Origin: Mayamaea pseudoterrestris | Lineage: Eukaryota | DNA: 64,000 nucleotides | NCBI GenBank assembly: GCA_027923505.1 | Contig: BROI01000027.1 | Span: forward strand, 248,001 to 312,000 | Reading direction: 5' to 3' | Shown here: positions 1 through 10,464 of the stretch, piece after piece | Layout: each line of letters begins with the position of its first letter | Numbering within the stretch: the stretch's first letter is position 1 | Program-made: the position numbers and the translations under genes | Notes under the pieces: model-generated | What the model saw: only the letters and a program-made list of their open reading frames with translations | Database searches by the model: none | Told to the model about the DNA's origin: nothing

Positions 1-1
1 T

Positions 2-1099
2 GGACTCTGTCGTCATCGCTGTTGCGGAAGTATTCGCGGCTTGACGCTCCAACCATCTCCATGCCTTGAATTGTGGTGATTGATTATTTTGAATCGCCTC
101 GAGCGTGTAGTTTGGTAAATGCTGCGTTCGAAGCACTTCCAGACTGGAGACGACGGATGAAATTGTAGGCGAGTTCGTAGGTTGGTATTGCATGACATCG
201 TCGTCGGGTTGTGTTGCGTTTGGAAATATCTTGTTTCCACTCGTGTATTTTGCAGATTTTGCTGCGGATCGATTTCCAACCAAACCAACAGCCAACGCAA
301 CTGCTAAAATTGCCACAAGGACAAGCAACGCAAACAAGCAGAGACTAATTCTGCGGCATCTTGTCAGTTTGCGCTCGAGCGTATCTACAGCGCTGCTTGC
401 CGCTTGGACAAGCTCCTTCAAATCATCTGGTGAAACTTGCGAAAGCTGCGATGACGCATTCGTCGCTCCGGTCATGCTCTTTTTGATTGCCGTTGGATCG
501 TAGTCATTCACAATGTCTCCACCATTCGTATTGTCTTCCATGATGGTGCCAAGCTCATAGTCACTCAAGTCGTCTGGAAAGACAGCCTGCATGGAGGTTT
601 GCGTGTCATCGCCTCCCGTTCGCAGCGTCATATTATCGTCCTGCTGCGGCTGGCACTGCAGTGCTCTCAACGCTTCCTGCTGAATAGTTTTGGTAGTCGT
701 TTCCCATGGATGATGCTGGTGATGATGAGCTTGACGAAGCTGTTGTTGCTGCATAAGCTGGTTGCTACCGCTGGCAATCTCCTGCTGCCGGAGTGTTTTG
801 CGGAGCTGCGTGCGACGGCCGCTATTGTTGGCATCGCTGTCCATGGACGAGACCATGCTTAATACGCTTTCACCGTGATGCATTTGGTTGAGAGTACTTT
901 CGTCGTCGTCCGTAATGGAGGAACGAATTTCTGGTCGGCGACTTGTGCGATCGTTTCTCGTTGGAGTAATGGGTAGATTTTCAGCTGCAGCTGCAAATTT
1001 ATCAAGCACGAGGCAACTAAAGGAAAAAGCGGCCGGCCGTTGTCCCTTGTTGCCGTTTCTCTTTCTTTGATCCTTGGTCGAGTATAGCGGCGTCTGCAT
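2..1099 (-). CDS. Partial (runs off window start) single-pass membrane protein, probably diatom LRR/receptor-like type
   Basis: Manual translation from ATG at 1099 is open to the window edge (missed by the ORF track): low-complexity Q/H/S N-terminus, TM helix ISLCLFALLVLVAILAVALAVGLVG, then PTNSPT linker and HLPNYTLEAIQNNQPPQFKAWRWL, which resembles the segment preceding LRRs in diatom TM-LRR proteins. The LRRs themselves are not in the window. Confidence 0.65.
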   Translation of the reverse strand, partial: MQTPLYSTKDQRKRNGNKGQRPAAFSFSCLVLDKFAAAAENLPITPTRNDRTSRRPEIRSSITDDDESTLNQMHHGESVLSMVSSMDSDANNSGRRTQLRKTLRQQEIASGSNQLMQQQQLRQAHHHQHHPWETTTKTIQQEALRALQCQPQQDDNMTLRTGGDDTQTSMQAVFPDDLSDYELGTIMEDNTNGGDIVNDYDPTAIKKSMTGATNASSQLSQVSPDDLKELVQAASSAVDTLERKLTRCRRISLCLFALLVLVAILAVALAVGLVGNRSAAKSAKYTSGNKIFPNATQPDDDVMQYQPTNSPTISSVVSSLEVLRTQHLPNYTLEAIQNNQSPQFKAWRWLERQAANTSATAMTTES

Positions 1100-1644
1100 A
1101 TTCTGCTATGCGTGGACCGGTAGATTGAAGTGGTTAAAAGGGATTGCTACGACGAAATGGCGGCGATGGTTATCATGGTGAAGGTGCGATTTGGATCGCG
1201 ACGTCAGAGCGTTGGTGCGAAGATACCCATATAATTTGAATCACGTTTCAACATTAAGCCTACTGACGTGGCTTGGCTTGCTGCACGCTTATACCAACGG
1301 AATACTAATCCCCGGTGAGACATAACCAATGGATAACTATCATCCGCCCTGCTATCGTTGCGGGATGGATCAGATCGTGTGACGAAACAAGTAGACACTA
1401 CAATAGATAGCTGACTACGGACCATTTTCTCAAGATGCTGTGTAGCATGAAAACTCGTCTACATTAAGATTTACGACGCGCGTAGGTAGGTGTTTCGGTA
1501 GGCAACAATCTATATAAATTAGTCATGCAAATGTAAGCTTTTATGAAGTAAAGACGTTCATACATCTGATTGTTCTGCGGTTAGTGCAATGCGGAGGAAG
1601 TATTGAGCAAACATGCAGATTCAAGCCATGACCATCTCCCATCC

Positions 1645-2763
1645 TCAGACCAGCCCACGCTTCATCTGCTTGCGACGCTGTCCTTCCATATTCGCGGCGA
1701 GCAATGCCGCCTTGATAGCGGCAGCAGAAACAGGCTTCAGTTCATTGTGGATAGACTCCTCCGCAAAGACGGTGCGGTTTGCAACGATATCAAGTTTCTC
1801 GTCGGTCAAATCCGTTATACCAATGTCGGCAAGCGTCGTCGGAAGGCCAACCGACTCGCAAAAGGAGTAAACTTCGTCCATGAGCTCCTGCGATGCATCC
1901 GTAAAGAACAAACCAGTCAAGACGCCGATGGCAACCTTTTCGCCATGATAGTACTTGTGACATTCCTGCAATTCCGACAAGCCATTGTGCACCGCATGGG
2001 CGCATCCCAAACCAGCCGACTCGAACCCGACTCCGCTCATTAGCGTGTTAGCTTCGACGACATGCTCGAATGCAGGAGTCACTGCACCAGCCTGCGCTGA
2101 AACCAGCGCCACCTTGCCGTACTGAAGCAACGTCTTGTAGCACGTGGAAGCAATCACATAGGACGTGAGAGATCCTGGGTGGTCGTGTCCAGCACCGCAG
2201 GTGGAGTTTGCTGCACTTTTGATGCGACAACTTTCCGCCTCAAAGTATGTACTCAATGCATCTCCCATTCCAGAAACGAGTAAGCGAACCGGAGCCTTGA
2301 CGATGATGCTTGTATCCAAAAGCACAACATCTGGATTACGCGGCAAATCGAGGTACTTGACAACTTCTCCTGAATCTGTATAAATGACGGCGCGAGCCGA
2401 GGTTGGAGCATCCGTCGACGCTGCCGTTGCGCTAATCACAATTGGAACTTTAAGGTAGAAGCTGACAGCCTTGGCTGTATCAAGTGTTTTGCCTCCGCCC
2501 AAACCAATTACGCAACCCACATTCGCACCCGCTTCTACCAAACGATCAATTTCAGCCTGCGTACATTCACCACCAAAGACTTGGACGACAAGGTTGGGAG
2601 AGCTTATATTGAGATCAGGAAGAATGTTAGTGTGAACGAAAGGATCGACAATAAGAAGACCCTGCAGCTTTCCAAAAGATTCGACTATGGAAGGGAGCAT
2701 GGAAATAGCTCCAGGGCCTTGAATGTAGCGAGCTGGAAAGGCAGTTTGAGTAATGCGGTTCAT
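1645..2763 (-). CDS. gldA: Glycerol dehydrogenase (family III metal-dependent alcohol dehydrogenase)
   Basis: 372-aa intronless ORF with FPARYIQGPGA, GLGGGKTLDTAKA, ASTDAPTSA, SGMGDALSTYFEA, NTLMSGVGFESAGLGCAHAVHNGL, YHGEKVAIG and VGLPTTLADIG, all characteristic of GldA. Confidence 0.93.
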   Translation of the reverse strand: MNRITQTAFPARYIQGPGAISMLPSIVESFGKLQGLLIVDPFVHTNILPDLNISSPNLVVQVFGGECTQAEIDRLVEAGANVGCVIGLGGGKTLDTAKAVSFYLKVPIVISATAASTDAPTSARAVIYTDSGEVVKYLDLPRNPDVVLLDTSIIVKAPVRLLVSGMGDALSTYFEAESCRIKSAANSTCGAGHDHPGSLTSYVIASTCYKTLLQYGKVALVSAQAGAVTPAFEHVVEANTLMSGVGFESAGLGCAHAVHNGLSELQECHKYYHGEKVAIGVLTGLFFTDASQELMDEVYSFCESVGLPTTLADIGITDLTDEKLDIVANRTVFAEESIHNELKPVSAAAIKAALLAANMEGQRRKQMKRGLV

Positions 2764-3079
2764 GGTATCGTTTCGATTCCTCGTTTTGGATTGTTGTGCT
2801 TCGAGAGATGTTGACGACGCGTTCGCTTCAAATTTTGATGCAGGAACGTGCGAGATGCGAAGCGCGAAAGATCTTCACGATCATCAAGTCGTACCGGTAG
2901 CATTATGTAGCGATACGGGGACGTATTTGTTCCAACTTGACGAAGTGTGAAGGACTTTCGTTCCCTATCAAGCTTTTTGAACTTTGGGATTATGATGTCG
3001 ACTGCTATCAGCTGACGGTAGGCTTAACCGTTACTTGTACAGCACGAACCGCATCGTGGAGACAGTCGTTCCTCCATCA

Positions 3080-6000
3080 CTAGCTCAGTATGGCCACGAC
3101 TCCGTCGATAATTGATTCGACCTGCGTCAATTGTTCAGCGGCGACCGGTTCGCCCGTCGAAGAAGCATGAATAATTACCTTTAAAACGTTTCGCAAGCTC
3201 GATCGAAGCTCTTGAAACAAGACACCGGTTTTAGCCGGCATTCTGAGTGATATCCAGTCATCAACTACAACTTCTCGCTCCAGGTGCTTCACGTCCAGCT
3301 TGGATCCGAACAAAAGAAGAGAAAATGGGTGGACGAAGCAAGTTGTCGATACAGAAACACGATGTGCTGTTGCAAACTTTTCGTGATAACAAACCCATTG
3401 TGACGGGGCTTGCTGTTTGGCCAGAACTCGTGAGTTAATTGACGAGCCATGAATCTCAAGGAGGTTCGTCTTTTGCTCTAGTTGTATAGAGCCATTCGCC
3501 GTACCGGTAGACTTGTTCGGCAGGCGAGCAACGTAAGGGTACATGCCTGAGCAAATGACGCTGTGCACAACCATTTCATTCTCCCCGTGTTTGTTATGCC
3601 GACAACGACGCAACAAGGTATGATCAACGCTTCGCCGCTTTGTGTTTAACCCAGCGCACTGACGATCGAGCAAAGAGATTGTCGATAATAGGTCCAAGTA
3701 CAGTACTTTCGCGTCCTGTGCTTCTTGAAGTGATGACAGGCTCAAATAATTTGACTTGCAAAATCGAAAAGCATCTCCGATTGATTGCGCCTCCTCAAAC
3801 GCACAGTAGACGTTATGCAGCGTGATAAAGTCAGAATTGTCATGCTGAAACTTGGCGTGTGCTGCTTTTGCTTCGTGCGCCTTGTCGGACAAGAACAATG
3901 GTTTTGACAACGATAGACATGCTGCGATCGTTGTAATGGGGTCAATGCACTGAAAAAGAGCTCCATAAATCAGCTGAGGCGAGCGAGTGGATGAGAGCAT
4001 AAGTAACAATATGGAATAATCTCGCACTCACAGTCAGTTCACGTACCATTTTTCCTAAACGGGGATGCAGTGGGAGCTTCACCAAAAGTTGTCCAAGTGG
4101 CGTCAAGTTTTCCTTCGTATTCTGACGAGAAAGAGCCCCAATCTCTTCGAGACTGTCAAGTGCAGTTACAATTGCTTGTTCCATCGGTGGTTGGGGAGTC
4201 ATATCAAGAAAATCTCTACAGCTGATCCCTGTAGTTGAAAAAGACGATCCCGTCGACAAGATAGTCAGGCACACTTCCTCAAGTGGTATCCGTCTAAGCT
4301 CAGGTTCACTTTGATCATGCATAGTCGACTGCTCGGTTTTTGTCGAGAAGAGTTTCAAAGAAAGTCCTGGCTGGACTCTTCCTGCTCTACCTGACCTCTG
4401 ACGAACACTAGCTTTCGAACACCACGACACCAAGAGCCTGGGCGTGCCTGATCTCTTGTCGCTCGTAAGTTCGCGAACTCTACCGCTATCAATAACAATG
4501 ACGACATCAGGAATCGTCACTGGTGAACATAAATTATGAGATGAAAAAAGGTAAAAGGAACCAAATAACCAACTGTCAATCGACGCGAACGTACCGCTTG
4601 TCTCGGCAATATTCGTCGCAACAATTATCTTTCGTCGCCCCTTTTCTGACTTTTGAAAAGCTCGTCGTTGATCTTGAGAGGAAATCGTTGAGTGTAATGG
4701 TATGATGTCGAGCTTACTCGCGGTGAACACGCGGTTTCCCTGCAACTGATCGATCAAGCCGCGAATCTCGCCTTTGCCCGGCAAAAAAATAAGAATGGAT
4801 CCTTTCAACATGTCCACGCCTTCATGAGGAAGAAGATTGTGTTGCCCTTGGCCAGTTTCGAATAGTAGCAAGCGAAGCAGGTCTTCAATGAGGTCAAAAT
4901 TGATCACAGACTCGTCCACGCGGTCCATCGACCTTCAGATAGTAAGCATAGAAAACGGTTGGAGACAGAATTTATAAAAATAACCTCACAAGCGGAAAAC
5001 TTACCGTCTTGTAGCCATTGTAAAATCGGGATAGTTGTTTGAAATGTCCTGACAAAGCGGCGAAGCAAGGGACATAGTCTCCCTCTTCTTTTCGCCGCCT
5101 CTCGTAGTAATGAACATAGATGCCGTTTCATCACGCCCTTGGGATCGAATGGCATTTCGCGAACCTTCCTCGATCACATGCCCCGTCGCTTCAATTATAT
5201 GCTCGAGATTGTAGCTCGTCACAGGAAATGTCCGTCCTGTTCATATTAGCAATGATTCGTGGTCAGAGAATAGCCACACTTATCAAACAAGTATTTCAAG
5301 AAAGGACACCCTGCCACTTACCGGGAACAGACACAAGTGGAGCTCGACCAAAGTATGAACAGAATAGCTTGGCATCGAGCGTCGCCGACATCTGGAGATG
5401 TCCGGATTAAGCAGTGTCAGTCCCATGCAAAGATTATGCTGGCCGCCAAGTCATGACTCATCGCAACCAAAAACTCACCAGAACTACTTTTAAATCCTGT
5501 CTTGGGCCTCTGACTAGATTTCGCAATGTCACGAGAAGCAGATCTACGTGCCATTGCCTTTCGTGTATTTCGTCGACAACAATATGTGAGATTCCTTGAA
5601 GTAGTGGGTTTTCCACCAGCAGGCGAAGCACTATGCCTGTTGTACAGAATAGTAACCGAGTGTCGTCACTTCGACGAGATTCGAGACGAATCTGGTATCC
5701 AACGCGCTTGCCGATGTTTGCGTCGCCCATTTCCTCTGATACCCGCTCAGCGACTGTGACGGCTGCGATACGCCGAGGCTGAGTGCACAATATAAATGTA
5801 TCCATGCCGCGATAGTCCATCAGAGCATTTTCCAATAAGAACTGCGGACACTGCGTAGTTTTCCCGGCGCCAGTTTGCGCATAGACGACCGTGACAGGAT
5901 TATCGCGGACAGTCGCAAGGAACTCCTCACGATACGAGTACATAGGAAGTTCCTTTCTCTGTCCCAAAATGGTCCTGTATCTCGATGAAGTGGTCAATCG

Positions 6001-7836
6001 ACAAAAGGCGTCTTTCATGCGCTGGTTGTCCAAAGCAGAGGTGTCTTTGCTCAACAAAGGCTTTTCGTCAAGGTGGTCTACACTTTCCCAAGATGCATGA
6101 TCATTTCTGAAATTGTCAGTTTCATCGTGCCGCTCGCTTGTCAGCGCACGTCCCACTTGACTTGCTTCTTGCACAATTTGCATAAGCTTACCAATTCTGG
6201 CTTGTCGCTCGGCGGACTGTATTTCTGTGACTTCATTTGTTGCTTGCTGTCGTTCATGCAGCCAATGTTTCCACAAGTCTCGAAAAAATGGCGGTAGCAT
6301 GCTGTACAGTGGTCGATCGGAATGTATCTGATACAAGGCCTTTGTCGCAAGGTAGTGCTCCGCGTTCGCCTTGCTGGCGAATAATATCGACTCCTCCGTC
6401 ACAATCAAGGGAGGCGTCAAGGGAACGGTGACGTGCTGTATCGCAAACCGAGGAGGCTTGACCTTCTCCTTTCTACACCAATCTTTCAACACGTTCTTTG
6501 GTAATGCCCCAGTCCATGACTTTGGCACCGCCAGATCTGGGATCTCGATATAATTTTGAGGCGGTAGATTGATGTTTGCAGCAGCAGGAAGACTAGAATC
6601 CACGGATGCAGCCGGAACTTGTGCCGTCACGTCAAACATGTCAAATAGACCGACTGCATCGTCGTCGTCGTCGTCGTCATTGTATTCTTGCTTTTCCTGA
6701 TCTGCAGCAACGTCGCGGGAGACTGGAGCACTCGCATGAGTATTCCGAGCAAGCTTTTCCTTCATCTTTTTGATTTGCTTCTGCAGCTGCTTGACCTGCG
6801 ATTGTATCTGCTTGATTTCCGCCTTGGAGCGCATGTAGTTGGATGCTTCGTCGTTTGCGTCAAACTGTGCCTGCGCAAGCTGCTGTTCCAAATCCTGCAG
6901 TTGTAAGCGTTCAGTGTTATCTAGTGGTTGCTGCTGCAATTCTACTGTCTCGTTCTCTTCAACTGCGCCGTCGTCAAGAATAGCTGGGTCGCCTGGTGTT
7001 GAAACACTTGTATGAGCATTTTGGAGTGTTGCTGTCTCTTCATAATCGAACGAGTCTCGCATCTTTACTTCATGCTCAACTACGTCATCTTCGTGATCAC
7101 TTTCATCTTCGTCTGCTTCTACAAAAGCATACTGCGCCAACAAGCGTGCCTTTTCCCTCCGCCTGTCCTCCTCCTCCGCGTCGTTGTTGTTCATTGCAGC
7201 TATTTCATTCGTCTGCGAACAGCTCGTCTCCAATAAATTCGTAAAGAAATTATCGCGTCTCAACTTCTCCTCTTTCTCCTTTGTTCCATAGATTGCTTCA
7301 TTAGAGGCGTTTGGCGCCCAATGCACGTCCAGCGTCGTGCTGGCGGTTGTCGTTGAAGCTAGCTCGTCGCGAACCATTCCTTCCGTCAAAATGGGAGGCA
7401 ATTCGTCCGTCGGAACATGCAAGCAGATCCAATTCAAGATTGTCGTCATTGTCAATTGCTGCTTTTGTTGGGCCAACGCTTGAACGGCGTTGCAGACAAG
7501 ATGAAAATGAAGTCCAACTTGCATGACTAATCGATCGTACAAAACGGCAAGCTTTCGTTCCGTCATTGTCGCAGCTGGAGAAAAAGGAGATGTAGTATCG
7601 GCATTATTTGATTCTGGTGATTCTGATTCAAATTGTAGCAATAGTTCCAAGAGATGTTCCAGACGCTGCTGCTGTGAGAGAGTGACGCGGACTTGTTGCG
7701 GCGGATTCGCACTTGGACTAACATCATTGTTGTTCATGACGAGAGGCTTGGCCGGAGGCGGTCGCTTGGGCGGCTGCAACGCCGTCGTCTGGTAGCCCCT
7801 TGCATCCGCTTGCTGCTTCTTTTTCTTCTTGACCAT
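3080..7836 (-). CDS. DEAH/RHA RNA helicase, DHX29-like (6 exons)
   Basis: Exons joined by GT-AG introns: 7836-5479, 5391-5322, 5236-5005, 4932-4595, 4519-4047, 3973-3080. Motifs QTGAGKTTQ, TQPRRIAA, DEIHER, MSAT, PGRTFPV, IFLPG, TNIAETSVTI, QRSGRAGR, HA2 region LPLHPRLGKMLIYG and OB-fold tail. N-terminal LNWICLHVPTDELP and WTGALPKNVLKDW resemble DHX29-type helicases. Confidence 0.9.
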
Positions 7837-7865
7837 GGCGGCGGCGGTGGCGGTGGCGGCGGCGG
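7837..7865. repeat. Imperfect (GGC)n trinucleotide tract immediately upstream of the helicase start codon
   Basis: ggcggcggcggtggcggtggcggcggcgg; the minus strand reads ...GCCGCCGCC-ATG. Confidence 0.85.
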
Positions 7866-8142
7866 AAGCTACCTGTTGCAGCTCAAAAAAATGTCATGGT
7901 CGCGACGATGAATCAAGTTGGAATAAAAATGTCGCAACGCGTATCTCTGAATTGTCGCACCAGGATCCGTGTGAGCCACGGATCCCAATCGCTCGCCAAA
8001 AACTTGGTGGCACATGCCTCACCTCGCACGACCAACCATCGAGGTGCTAAAAAGACTCCCATCGTGCTCGTGATTCTTTTATAGAGTGGCCGAATCTTTG
8101 TACGAAATAAACATTAGTAACTGAAGCAATACAAAGGCAAAG

Positions 8143-10326
8143 ATGAAGCAGCAAATAACGATCTCGTCGGTCACATCCTTGCGACGAATCAGATGCAGGA
8201 CAACGCTAACCTTTATGGCCATGCTGAGCTTTGCTCTAATGCAGCAATCAGCATTTGCTGCTAACCACAAACGGCTTGGTAATGTTTTCACAGAAAGTAA
8301 AGAACGAATAGACGAACCAAGGTCGCTATCCCAACCAAACCGTCCCAATTTACTCGTCATTACGACGGACCAACAACGATGGGATACACTCTCAATTGTC
8401 CAGAAGCAACTCAAACACTATCGCAACAAGTTCCAAATCCAAACTCCTAATCTTGACAGGCTCGCTAAGAGTGGCACCTTGTTCTGGAATGCCTACTGTC
8501 AGAGTCCATCCTGCGGGCCAGCACGATCGTCCTTGCGGACTGGGTGCTCGACTGCCCGAACGGGTGTTCAAGGTAACCGAGAAATGGTAGGAATGGATGA
8601 GCGAGACGACTCCATGACAAGACTAAAGAATCTGTGGACCTATGATCAAATTTTGGTCGAAAAGCTTGGCTACGTGAGCGAAACTTATGGCAAGAAGCAT
8701 TTGCCAAATACATTGCTGCACAAACATGAGCCTCTTGCGGATGAATCTGTTTTGCAATATGATGACTACGACATGGAAATGCGTCAACCGAACTTGACAC
8801 TACAGGAGTTTCAGGCGCGGTATCCGTTTCACCTTGACTACTTTGCTGACAACGATAATTTGCGGAAGCGACCTATTCGGTCGGAGCGAATTAACGGGCT
8901 GTCCACCTTTCCATACAGGCCTACCAAGATGGATGCTTCCAACTGGAAGAGTAAAAAAGACAGCCAAAAAGACTCATCAGACCCCGGGTCGAAGTCGTTT
9001 GGCGTGGACTCGCTTGGGAGCAATTACACGAGTACTGCCTTGATTGGTCAGATGGGTCTTTTGGCGCTGGACCGACTAGGGCAAGAATACAAGGACACCA
9101 GTCAACCGTTCTGCTTGACAGTTTCGTTTAATTCACCGCATCCACCATTCATCGTAACGAGAGACTACTTGAAACAATACTGGAGTCAGCGGCGCCACTT
9201 GTACTTTCCACATCCCGACGAAAACATGCAAAGCAGCAGTCCATATTATAATAAAGATAAAAGTGAAACGCGGCGGTTTGAGACCAAGTCACTCAATGCG
9301 GAATGGACGGCAATTTATTACGCGCTCATCACTGAAGTAGATACTTGGGTCGGCCAGCTATTGGACAAGCTTGACGAATTGGCACTGACGACCGAAACGT
9401 TAATTATCTTCACATCGGACCACGGCGAAATGCTGGGTGCCCACGGTTTAGCCGGCAAAAACAATTTTTACGAGGAGGCGGCGCGCGTTCCACTTATTCT
9501 GTCATATCCAAAGGTGATTGCTTCGGATCAAACTATCCAAACCATGGCAAACCACATTGATTTGGTGTCTACCATTTTGGATTACATGGATGGGAAGGAG
9601 CACGATACGAGCGACGGAAATAGCCTCCGGCGACTCATGGAGCATCGGTCCTACAACGAAAACTATGACGAAAACGTTGCTATATCAGAAGAGATTACCC
9701 CGAACAACAAACGGCCCAGCTACATGATTCGAAAAGATGATTTTAAGCTCATGATTGCAAATAACCCGACCGCACCGACCATGGATATGTTTGTGTTTCT
9801 AAAAGAGGATCCTTTCGAAACAAACAACTTGCTTGGAGGTCAAGATAGTCAAGCTTTAACTAGCCGTCAAATTGGCAAGGTTGAGCATCTGAAAGCATTA
9901 TTACTTGACTGGATGAAGCGCGTGGATGGAGAGCAATTTTTCTTTTCGAAACCAGCCGGCGGGGGTCCCAACGAGATACAGGGTGTCACGGCGCGAAGGA
10001 CTTGGCCAAAGGCTGACTTTTGGGTGAGCGACGACGTTCTCTTCTTTGGGAAGTCAGTTCTAGCTAGGGGTCAGTATATTAGCAATGAATATCTTTACAT
10101 CGGCCGAACAAACCCAGGCATCTTGAGATTGATTGACATATCCGTTCAGGGCCGCGATTCGATATTTTTCAAACTGAGCGTCAACTCGGCAGTAATCGAG
10201 TCCGACAACTATCTTCGTTTGCAAGTTAGTTTCACTTCTTCCGAGCGTCTTGCATCGATCGATGCTCGCGTTGTTATTAGACACAGTGCGGGTCCAGAGA
10301 TGCTTGTTGACATCAAACAATTGTAG
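8143..10326 (+). CDS. Secreted/membrane-anchored formylglycine-dependent sulfatase with C-terminal Ig-like extension
   Basis: 727-aa intronless ORF; hydrophobic N-terminal segment; RPNLLVITTDQQRWD, TPNLDRLA, CGPARSSLRTG (CxPxR), YGKKH, FNSPHPP, FTSDHGEMLGAHG, KNNFYEEAARVPLI, DPFETNNL. Confidence 0.93.
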   Translation: MKQQITISSVTSLRRIRCRTTLTFMAMLSFALMQQSAFAANHKRLGNVFTESKERIDEPRSLSQPNRPNLLVITTDQQRWDTLSIVQKQLKHYRNKFQIQTPNLDRLAKSGTLFWNAYCQSPSCGPARSSLRTGCSTARTGVQGNREMVGMDERDDSMTRLKNLWTYDQILVEKLGYVSETYGKKHLPNTLLHKHEPLADESVLQYDDYDMEMRQPNLTLQEFQARYPFHLDYFADNDNLRKRPIRSERINGLSTFPYRPTKMDASNWKSKKDSQKDSSDPGSKSFGVDSLGSNYTSTALIGQMGLLALDRLGQEYKDTSQPFCLTVSFNSPHPPFIVTRDYLKQYWSQRRHLYFPHPDENMQSSSPYYNKDKSETRRFETKSLNAEWTAIYYALITEVDTWVGQLLDKLDELALTTETLIIFTSDHGEMLGAHGLAGKNNFYEEAARVPLILSYPKVIASDQTIQTMANHIDLVSTILDYMDGKEHDTSDGNSLRRLMEHRSYNENYDENVAISEEITPNNKRPSYMIRKDDFKLMIANNPTAPTMDMFVFLKEDPFETNNLLGGQDSQALTSRQIGKVEHLKALLLDWMKRVDGEQFFFSKPAGGGPNEIQGVTARRTWPKADFWVSDDVLFFGKSVLARGQYISNEYLYIGRTNPGILRLIDISVQGRDSIFFKLSVNSAVIESDNYLRLQVSFTSSERLASIDARVVIRHSAGPEMLVDIKQL

Positions 10327-10464
10327 CTGCATCGTCGGCGAAGTTCATGCTGTCAGTCACCTGTGAGTCATTATTTGCTTGTATAGATTTATACGCATAG
10401 AGGAAAATTTACATTACTCAATCAGTTACAAGCTACTTTAGCTGAGCGCGAATCGACGCGTCCT

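Noticed and set aside
13..1425. Short ORF-track entries at the window start
   Set aside because: Mostly antisense or alternative-frame shadows of the minus-strand CDS 2-1099, which the track omitted because it lacks a stop in the window; 1204..1425 has no recognisable motif.
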